Assembly (NCBI GenBank): GCA_031411295.1
Contig: JANOAV010000203.1
Span: forward strand, 1 to 12,604
Length of the DNA: 12,604 nt
From: Verrucomicrobiales bacterium
GTDB lineage: Bacteria; Verrucomicrobiota; Verrucomicrobiia; Verrucomicrobiales; V1-33
Direction: 5' to 3'
Made by a program: the position numbers and the translations under genes. The notes beneath the pieces are model-generated. The model had not been told where the DNA came from, did not search any database, and saw only the letters and a program-made list of their open reading frames with translations. Shown one piece after another: positions 5,731 through 12,604 of the stretch. Every line of letters begins with the position of its first letter. The stretch's first letter is position 1.

Positions 5731-7761
5731 ATGCTTCCCAACCCCTTTAAAGCAGACATTTTTCCTGACGGCCTGCCCGTGACCGACAACAGTGCGGTCC
5801 TACACCCAGCGGCCTTGGAGGAATTGCAGACCATGCTGCATGACCTAACCTTCCGCTCCCCCACTCTGAGCACCGAGGAAGGCCGCGTCGTCTTGCTGAA
5901 AGCCCCCCGGGCAGGTTATGGTAAATCCCATCTACTGGCACTGTTGCAGCAACGACTGGGATCGAACGCCCAAGTGGTAGCCCCGCAGTTGGCCCGGGAA
6001 GGCGGCTTCAGTTGGGCGGGACTTTTTGCAGAAACCCTCGGGCTCTGGCACCAACACCATGGTGGCAAGGCCCTGCTGACAAAACTGGACGAACTCGCAC
6101 GCCAACTTTTCGGAATGCTCAACGCGGAATTGATCCGTCAGCAACAGGTGCCGTGCGCCAATCCCACTGCGGCCATTCAAGCCCTGCACCAGCGCTCGCT
6201 GGAACTCTTTGACCTGAACGATTCCCGCCAAGCGGTGGGGCGGTGGTTCGTGGACCACTTCGAACGACTATTACCGATCACCAGTGCCACTTTGGGAAAT
6301 TTCACCGACATGAGTCAAGAGGCCGCTGTGACTTGGCTGCGCGCGCTCTGTGCTTACGCACAAGGTGCTGCCGATGGCGATCTCATGCGCTTCGAGCAAC
6401 TGCGCTGGGCCCTGCAACAAGGTAACGGCTCCGGGGTGATGGCCGCTGGCATGCAGATTCTCACGGCCCCGTCCCTTGATGAATCATTCTACCAGCATCG
6501 CCTGACGGAACTCTTCCGCCTCGGCTCGCTGGTGATGCCGCTGGTGCTGGTCTTCGACCATCTCGATGGCGTTCATGGTGAGGGTCCCGCCGTGATGCAA
6601 GTCGCCCGCACGGTCACTGAATTCCGCCGCCTCCTGCCGCGCGCCCTCATTATTTTAAGTGTCAATCAAGATTTGTGGGCTGGCAGCTTTCAGAAATTCC
6701 TGCCGAGTGCCTTGGAAGATCGACTCACCAGTGAACGGATTCAACTGCACGACCTGACCGCCGAGCAAGGGATCAGTCTGCTCCAGGATCGTCTGCAGCA
6801 GGGTGGCGCTTCCGCCGCTGAGACCAAGGCCTTCCTTGAGGCGGTGCAACTCCCCCAATGGTTTGCCCGTGAACCCAGTCGCCTGGCTTCCGCCCGCAGC
6901 CTGCTGCGGCATGCGGCTCGCGCATGGGACGAATGGCAGCGTCGTCCCCAGCCTGCGTCTGCGGCACCGCAACCGCCTCTGAGCCCCTCCGCCTGGCCCG
7001 CTTCCAAGTTGCCTCCGTCACCCAGCTTTTCGTCTGGCCTGCCACCTGCCGGAGGCGCTGGCACGTCCTTCCACCAATTGAAATTAATGCTGGAAAAACT
7101 GCGCCTGGAACGCATCGCCAACGGCAAGCCCCCGATGCAGGTCTCCGAGTCCGGCACCATCTATCATGATCCCGAACCCAGCGCCCCTGAGACCGCAACC
7201 CTGGAGGAGTCTCCCACCTCCATCAACGCTCAGTTTGCGCAACTGCGGCAACGGTTGCTGGAGGCCAAAACGCTTCGCATTGATCCTGATTTGTTCGGCC
7301 ACCTGCTGGGCGTCGGAGGGAAGCGCTTGGCAGTGGTAAAGGCCTCCCACATCCCTGTGCCCGGGTCGGTCGGGCCGGGAGCCATGCTCTGGCAAACTCC
7401 TAACGGAGAAATTATTTTCGGCACCGAGCCGCATCAGGACCGCGCCTACTGGCAGGCCTTGCTGGCTCATGCCCGGCAGCGCCAAGCGCTCCACCCCTCG
7501 CATTTAGCCATTTTTTCTGCGGCACAGGAGCCCGTCGATCTGCAATGGTGGCTCTCTCCCGAGGAAATTCTGGTGGCCCAAAATTGCTATCTGGATGTCG
7601 TCACGCTGGAGCCGGAAGCACTCGCCACCTTGTATGCGGCTGATGAACTCATTCACGCCAGCGAACATAACAGCAGCCATCCCCACACGCCGGAGGAGGT
7701 CTTTGCCGCAGTCTCGGGACCATTGGACGGATTTTGGAAACGACTGCTCAAGCGACTCTAG
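5731..7761 (+). CDS. Uncharacterised P-loop NTPase (AAA+/STAND-like) with Pro/Ser-rich linker and unknown C-terminal domain
   Basis: 676 aa. Walker A-like VVLLKAPRAGYGKSHLL, Walker B-like LVLVFDHLD, sensor-like strand LIILSVN and ALEDRL, then a Pro-rich linker from about residue 405. Confidence 0.75.
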   Translation: MLPNPFKADIFPDGLPVTDNSAVLHPAALEELQTMLHDLTFRSPTLSTEEGRVVLLKAPRAGYGKSHLLALLQQRLGSNAQVVAPQLAREGGFSWAGLFAETLGLWHQHHGGKALLTKLDELARQLFGMLNAELIRQQQVPCANPTAAIQALHQRSLELFDLNDSRQAVGRWFVDHFERLLPITSATLGNFTDMSQEAAVTWLRALCAYAQGAADGDLMRFEQLRWALQQGNGSGVMAAGMQILTAPSLDESFYQHRLTELFRLGSLVMPLVLVFDHLDGVHGEGPAVMQVARTVTEFRRLLPRALIILSVNQDLWAGSFQKFLPSALEDRLTSERIQLHDLTAEQGISLLQDRLQQGGASAAETKAFLEAVQLPQWFAREPSRLASARSLLRHAARAWDEWQRRPQPASAAPQPPLSPSAWPASKLPPSPSFSSGLPPAGGAGTSFHQLKLMLEKLRLERIANGKPPMQVSESGTIYHDPEPSAPETATLEESPTSINAQFAQLRQRLLEAKTLRIDPDLFGHLLGVGGKRLAVVKASHIPVPGSVGPGAMLWQTPNGEIIFGTEPHQDRAYWQALLAHARQRQALHPSHLAIFSAAQEPVDLQWWLSPEEILVAQNCYLDVVTLEPEALATLYAADELIHASEHNSSHPHTPEEVFAAVSGPLDGFWKRLLKRL

Positions 7762-7823
7762 GCTTGTTATAGGGTATATTCCCCATTGCATCCGTCCCGC
7801 TTTGAGTGCATTTCATAGGCAGC

Positions 7824-8900
7824 ATGATCCCTGAAAAAACCTACGCTGTCGTTCTCGCTGGAGGCAGTGGCCGCCGATTTTGGCCGCTGAGCCGCGATTC
7901 CCGCCCAAAGCAATTGTTGCGCATTTTTGATGATTCCACTCTGTTGGAACAAGCCCTGCAACGTTTGGAGGGACTTGTGCCCCGGGAAAATATTTTGATC
8001 CTAACGAACGCCGAACAAGCCGCAGAAGTGCAGGCCATCCTGCCCCACCACCCGCCGGAGAACATCCTGGCGGAGCCCGCCAAGCGTGATACTGCCCCGG
8101 CCATCGCGTTAGGAATTGGCTGGGTGGCGCGGCGTGATCCCTCCGCCACCATGATCGTGCTACCCGCCGATCAACTCATTAAAGATACCGCCGCCTTCCA
8201 AAGTTGCCTCACTGGGGCCGTCGAAGTGGCCACGCGCATGCCGGCGTTAGTTACCATCGGCATCAAACCCACTTGGGCCTGCCCCAGCTATGGCTACATT
8301 GAGCGGGGCCGCCGGGCCTTTATTTCCGGGCTGCAAACGCAGGTGCCGGTCTATGAAGTCGCCCGATTCCGGGAAAAGCCGAATCCTGACCTGGCAGAAC
8401 AATTTCTCGCCCAAGGCCACTTCAGTTGGAACGCTGGCATGTTCATCTGGAGCCTGCCCACCGTGGTTAAAGAACTCTCACAGCACTGCCCTGAGTTGAT
8501 GAAATTCATCACCGAAATTCGCCACAGCTCCGACATTTCGGCCACGATTGCCCAACAGTTTCCCGGCCTGACGCCCATCTCCATCGACTATGCCCTGATG
8601 GAAAACGCCGGACGCGTGCTCAATATTGAGGCCAGCTTCGATTGGGATGACGTCGGTTCTTGGATTTCCGTCGGCAAATACCTCGCCACGGATGCCCATG
8701 ACAATGCTTCCAACAGCCCTCTGGCGACCATCGATTCGGCGGGAAACATCGTTTTCACCAGCAGTAAAATTCAGGTCACCCTGCTGGGCGTGCACGATCT
8801 CATCGTAGTCCAAACGCCGGATGCCGTGCTGGTAGCCGACAAGCATTCAGCCGATTCCATTAAGAAGCTCGTCGAACTAGTGCCGAAGTCCCTGCATTGA
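7824..8900 (+). CDS. manC: Mannose-1-phosphate guanylyltransferase
   Basis: VLAGGSGRRFWPLSR..PKQ, EPAKRDTAPAI, FREKP, WNAGMF, ISIDYALME and WDDVGSW. There is no C-terminal PMI cupin domain. The ATG at 7824 is preferred to the GTG at 7806. Confidence 0.95.
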   Translation: MIPEKTYAVVLAGGSGRRFWPLSRDSRPKQLLRIFDDSTLLEQALQRLEGLVPRENILILTNAEQAAEVQAILPHHPPENILAEPAKRDTAPAIALGIGWVARRDPSATMIVLPADQLIKDTAAFQSCLTGAVEVATRMPALVTIGIKPTWACPSYGYIERGRRAFISGLQTQVPVYEVARFREKPNPDLAEQFLAQGHFSWNAGMFIWSLPTVVKELSQHCPELMKFITEIRHSSDISATIAQQFPGLTPISIDYALMENAGRVLNIEASFDWDDVGSWISVGKYLATDAHDNASNSPLATIDSAGNIVFTSSKIQVTLLGVHDLIVVQTPDAVLVADKHSADSIKKLVELVPKSLH

Positions 8901-8963
8901 GCGGGAGAGCTTAACTGCCAGGACTTGCCGCACGCCAAATCTATGGACGCCCCCAACGCCACC

Positions 8964-10025
8964 ATGACCGTGGACGAGGCTCGCCAATCCGCTAACTTGT
9001 TTCTGGAAGTGGTCAGCGGGAGCCGCGCCTACGGCTTGGCGACGGAGACTTCAGATACGGACTTAAAAGGCGTCTTCGTGCAGCCACTGAAGACCTGGAT
9101 GGGCTTCGAACGCTTGGAACAAGTGAACAACGCTTCCAACGACGAATGCTATTACGAACTCGGCCGCTTCGCCTCGCTGGCGGCACGGAATAATCCCACG
9201 GTGCTGGAGATGCTCGCCACTCCGGCGGATAGTGTGCGCTATCGACATGCGTTGATGGATCATTTCCCGCTGGAATTGTTCCTCTCGAAACTCAGCTACG
9301 ATGCGTTCACAGGCTTCGCCACCAGCCAGATCAAACGCGCCCAAGGTCTGAACAAGAAAATCATGCAGCCAATGCCGGAACAGCGCAAGACGCCGCTGGA
9401 TTTCTGTTTCGTGCTGGCAGATCAAGGTGCCGTGGCGGTAACCGCCTGGCTGAGCCAACGTGGCTGGCGAGCAACGGAATGTGGACTGGTGGCCGTCCCG
9501 CACGCGCCGGAAATTTACGGGATCTATCATGATGCCACTGGCACGCTGGAGTATCGCGGACTGTTCAGCGGCCCGGAGGTTGCCCTGATCAACCTCAGTT
9601 CGGTGCCCAAAGCAGCCCAACCAGTAGCTTGGCTGAGCTATCATTTCTCCGGTTATCAAACGCATTGCCGCCAGCACCAGGAATACTGGCAGTGGGTGCA
9701 GGAACGCAATCCCGAGCGCTACGAATCCACCCGCCAGCACGGTCAGGGCTACGATGCCAAGAACCTCATGCACACGTTCCGCTTGTTGGACATCGCACGT
9801 GAAATCGCTCTGACCGGAACATTTTCCGTGCGCACCTCCCGACGGGAGGAACTTCTAAAAATCAAAGGCGGAGCCTACCCCTATGAAGCCCTGGTGGCAC
9901 AGGCCAATGAGCGTCTCGCAGAACTCAAGGAACTGTTTGCCCAGTCCCCATTGCCGGAGCAACCGGATCTACGAGAGATTGAGCAACGGGTCATCCGCGC
10001 GCGCCTGGCGTTCTACGGGCTGTGA
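8964..10025 (+). CDS. Pol-beta superfamily nucleotidyltransferase (YcgL / RlaP family, long form)
   Basis: VSGSRAYGL...SDTDLKGVF (GS + DxD), NNPTVLEML, YDAKNLMHTFRLL and REELLKIKGG. The start is uncertain (8925 TTG, 8943 ATG or 8964 ATG). Confidence 0.85.
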   Translation: MTVDEARQSANLFLEVVSGSRAYGLATETSDTDLKGVFVQPLKTWMGFERLEQVNNASNDECYYELGRFASLAARNNPTVLEMLATPADSVRYRHALMDHFPLELFLSKLSYDAFTGFATSQIKRAQGLNKKIMQPMPEQRKTPLDFCFVLADQGAVAVTAWLSQRGWRATECGLVAVPHAPEIYGIYHDATGTLEYRGLFSGPEVALINLSSVPKAAQPVAWLSYHFSGYQTHCRQHQEYWQWVQERNPERYESTRQHGQGYDAKNLMHTFRLLDIAREIALTGTFSVRTSRREELLKIKGGAYPYEALVAQANERLAELKELFAQSPLPEQPDLREIEQRVIRARLAFYGL

Positions 10026-10041
10026 GGCAGTCATCGGGGCA

Positions 10042-11025
10042 TTATTTCCCTTCAGGCAAATCCACTGTGAACGCACCCACGCGGTCGCCATCGTCGTTAG
10101 GGTAAGTCCAATCACGGAGTTTCTTCAGCGGGAAATCCACCTGCTCACCCTTGGCGAGGTGGGCGTGCGCTGATTCATTGCGCAGCACGGCCTGGAGTTT
10201 TCCCGGGTGCAGGGAAATGAGTTCGCACCAGAGTTCCTCCTCGTGCCCGGCTTCTCCTAACGTAGCCTTGACCAAGTAGGGGCCGCGTTCTTCGCCATAG
10301 TCCCGGAAGGATTTGGAGAACTCCGGCCAGCGACGACGCGCTTCCGCCACGGCCGCCTCATGGGCGGGGCTGGAGGAAATTTTATCCGGCGGTGGCGCCA
10401 CGGAAATCTCGAAGGCCGAATGCGGATCATCCCCCGTGAGGGCTTCCATGACCTCGTCATCGACATAGTTGAAGTCCCCGGCATCGTCATCGTAAACGGC
10501 CAGCGTGTCGTTGCGATCCACCAGGGCAGCGATGAGCCGCAATTCATTTTCCAGAGCGGTATCGCGATCCTCATCCTCCTTGAATTTATTCTCGATCGTA
10601 ACCGCCAAGTGACTGGTGACGCGCTTTAGCATGGCCCGCATTTGCCGATCCGGCGTTTCCTGGATGATCTGCGCCTGATCCTCCAACCAAGGTTCTGCCG
10701 CCGCGCTAACTTGATACGTGACTGCCTGGTAACGAATCTCTCCTTCATTCCCGGTGAGGGAAATATTGAGCGTCCGCGCATCTTTCATTTTCAAATCCCA
10801 AGCCTTGGCTGCGGCCTCGATCAGCATATCCTTGGTGAGCTGACGGGGTTGCTTGAGAAATAGCGCATAGCTGAATGCCTCGGCTTCCTCTACGGGAGCC
10901 TCGGCTTCAGGTTCGGCAGCGGCCGGCGGCGGTTCTGCCGCGCAAGTAGGAGCATTCAGTCCACCGCAAAGCAGACAAATCCAGAGCCAGCAAACCGCTG
11001 TCCGTCCATTAAGGAGCCTTCGCAT
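10042..11025 (-). CDS. Exported protein with C-terminal DUF2314 (YegJ-like) domain
   Basis: Signal-like N-terminus, A/E/P linker and acidic body. The C-terminus reads AVAEARRRWPEF..YLVKA..EELW..LRNE..LRDWTY..GAFT. It overlaps the upstream gene's end by 17 nt. Confidence 0.75.
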   Translation of the reverse strand: MRRLLNGRTAVCWLWICLLCGGLNAPTCAAEPPPAAAEPEAEAPVEEAEAFSYALFLKQPRQLTKDMLIEAAAKAWDLKMKDARTLNISLTGNEGEIRYQAVTYQVSAAAEPWLEDQAQIIQETPDRQMRAMLKRVTSHLAVTIENKFKEDEDRDTALENELRLIAALVDRNDTLAVYDDDAGDFNYVDDEVMEALTGDDPHSAFEISVAPPPDKISSSPAHEAAVAEARRRWPEFSKSFRDYGEERGPYLVKATLGEAGHEEELWCELISLHPGKLQAVLRNESAHAHLAKGEQVDFPLKKLRDWTYPNDDGDRVGAFTVDLPEGK

Positions 11026-11614
11026 CGGCTGCTTTGGCTTCAGTGGCGGGATCAGGATAAGCCGAACTCAACAGCTTGAGGAAATTTTCCTTGCTGGCAT
11101 CGACGTCCTTCTCGGGACCGGTAAACTTCACGAAGACGTTGCCTGCTTCGCTTTCCAGAATGGCTCCAATCATGGCGGATCCGGGTTGCGGTGTTTTGGC
11201 AGTAAACATGCCGCCGCTCAGGAACGTGCCTTTGATGAACACCAACGTCGCCTTGCGCTTGCCGAAGGTGTATTGCTTGCGCTCGAACTTGATGGCATCC
11301 GCGCCTTCCGCTGGTTGGAATTGGCCCTTCCAGCGCGTCACATTGGCCTCCGTATCGCCCCCCTGACCGGAGCCAAAATGATAGAAGTCGGCATCAATCG
11401 TCTTGGTGCCATCCGCCGAGAGCAAACTAAATCCACCCTGACTCATTGGACGTGGCGTGCCCTTACTCTTCCAGGGAGCCACGGGTTTGAAAGTAAACTC
11501 GCCCACCTTCAATGCACCCTCTGCCTCTTGGGCTTGGGCGGTCGAGGAGAGACAGGAAACCAGCACGCTGAGCGCGGCCAGACAGCTAACACGGAGGAGG
11601 GAGGCACGTTTCAT
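11009..11614 (-). CDS. Exported conserved hypothetical protein
   Basis: Signal peptide ending AQA. Motifs FYHFGSGQGGDTEANVTRWKGQF, GTFLSG and VFVKFTGP, which I recall from PVC-group hypothetical proteins. Confidence 0.75.
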   Translation of the reverse strand: MKRASLLRVSCLAALSVLVSCLSSTAQAQEAEGALKVGEFTFKPVAPWKSKGTPRPMSQGGFSLLSADGTKTIDADFYHFGSGQGGDTEANVTRWKGQFQPAEGADAIKFERKQYTFGKRKATLVFIKGTFLSGGMFTAKTPQPGSAMIGAILESEAGNVFVKFTGPEKDVDASKENFLKLLSSAYPDPATEAKAADAKAP

Positions 11615-11772
11615 AGGTCGCCACATTTACCTCACTCACGACCAGTTGCAAATCACCAAATGCGTTCCCCGGGAAAATTTTGCACCAGGCCCAGACCCAG
11701 CTCGCTGGCCGCTTTCTGGTTGCACAGCCGACCCCGCATGGCTATGGGGCCAGGAAACTTTCCTCCCAGACC

Positions 11773-12324
11773 ATGCCGCAAGACTTTGTTTACTTCGACC
11801 TCGAAACCCTCCGCTCCGCCAACGATGTGGGCGGGTGGGATCATAAGGATAAAATGGGCATGTCCGTCGGCGTCACCTACAGCACCGCCACCGGGAAATA
11901 CATCATTTATCCAGAACAGGAAGCCGATGCCCTGATCAGACAAATGGCGGCAGCAGACTTGGTCATTGGCTTCAACCACATCGGCTTCGACTACTCCGTG
12001 CTGCAAGGCTACAGCATGTGGGATGTAGCGGAGCAAATGACCAGCTTCGATATCCTGCTGGATATCGAAAAGCGACTCGGCCATCGCCTCAAGCTTGAGG
12101 ACATTGCCCAACCCAGCCTGGGCACCGGCAAGATCGCCCACGGAGCGGACGCTATCACGTGGTGGCGAGCGGGGCGGTATCACGATGTGGCGGAATACTG
12201 CTGCTTCGATGTCAAGGTCACCCGCCTGGTCCACGAATTCGGGATCACCCATGGGTTCGTGAAATACATCGACCGCTTCGGCCGGGATCTCAAAGTGGAA
12301 GTGGACTGGAAAGGTCCGGCCTAA
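11773..12324 (+). CDS. Stand-alone RNase H-like (RNase_H_2 / YprB-like) DEDD 3'-5' exonuclease domain protein
   Basis: ExoI YFDLET, ExoII GFNHIGFDY, LKLEDIA and ExoIII EYCCFDV. ATG 11773 lies just before the first motif. Confidence 0.85.
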   Translation: MPQDFVYFDLETLRSANDVGGWDHKDKMGMSVGVTYSTATGKYIIYPEQEADALIRQMAAADLVIGFNHIGFDYSVLQGYSMWDVAEQMTSFDILLDIEKRLGHRLKLEDIAQPSLGTGKIAHGADAITWWRAGRYHDVAEYCCFDVKVTRLVHEFGITHGFVKYIDRFGRDLKVEVDWKGPA

Positions 12325-12480
12325 CTGCGATTCCAAGCTGGCAAATTTTCGGCCGATGCAGCGTCCAGGTCTGGTGACGAAAACTGCCGTTTGGAAACAT
12401 GAAATCCCCCAACTGAGGTTTGACGAGCCGACATCCGCCGGGCTATAGGAAGCGTATCCTCTGCCCGCTCCCTTTTCCCC

Positions 12481-12604
12481 ATGCCCGCCCGCAAAAAAGC
12501 TCCTGCCAAGTCTCCAACTGCCAAACCCGCAGCCAAGGCCCCGTCCAAACGTGGCGGGGGGGGGGGGCGCCCCCCCCCCCCCCACCCGCCCCCCCCCCCC
12601 CCCC
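12481..12604 (+). CDS. Partial CDS with K/A/P-rich N-terminus; product unknown
   Basis: ATG 12481 gives MPARKKAPAKSPTAKPAAKAPSKR, preceded by a TTGACG...TATAGG promoter-like element and a pyrimidine-rich leader. The sequence is unreliable after about 12555. Confidence 0.55.
   Translation, partial: MPARKKAPAKSPTAKPAAKAPSKRGGGGGRPPPPHPPPPPP
12555..12604. other. Poly-G/poly-C low-complexity tail, probable sequencing or assembly artefact
   Basis: A run of about 12 G is followed by long C runs up to the last base. Confidence 0.8.

Noticed and set aside
5565..5873. 102-aa minus-strand ORF across the divergent intergenic region
   Set aside because: No motifs; it overlaps the NTPase start and runs through AT-rich promoter-like DNA.
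9063..9773. 236-aa minus-strand ORF, plus similar nested ORFs such as 11186-11935 and 3440-3940
   Set aside because: They overlap well-supported genes on the opposite strand and have no motifs; expected in GC-rich DNA.
11653..12585. 310-aa minus-strand ORF
   Set aside because: Antisense to the nuclease gene and begins inside the artefactual G/C tail.
12555..12604. G-run/C-run as a G-quadruplex, hairpin or phase-variable tract
   Set aside because: It lies at the extreme end of the sequence and is typical of low-quality base calls.

Overview
GC-rich bacterial DNA that is probably a whole short contig. Gene style (SD-poor C/A-rich leaders, PVC-type exported proteins) suggests Verrucomicrobiota; this is inference. 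The window starts inside a probable IS630-family element inserted in the last codons of a DUF3482-type GTPase gene, and it ends in a poly-G/poly-C artefact. In order, it contains: (-) GTPase; a 51-codon orphan ORF or gene remnant; a (-) arsenic-resistance operon, arsR / MIP aquaglyceroporin / thioredoxin-type arsC / HEXXH protein, with a tandem operator next to the arsR start; a (-) ICMT/PEMT-family membrane methyltransferase; a (-) exported ComEA-like HhH protein with Lys/Ala/Pro/Glu repeats and a terminator; a (+) divergent 676-aa P-loop NTPase, manC and an RlaP/YcgL-type Pol-beta nucleotidyltransferase; two (-) exported proteins, one DUF2314-like; a (+) stand-alone RNase_H_2/DEDD nuclease; and the start of a further gene. 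No CRISPR, tRNA or rRNA was seen. I cannot claim a proven new system. The best leads are the HEXXH gene coupled to the ars operon, the non-canonical NTPase, the solo RlaP, and a motif shared upstream of the last two genes.
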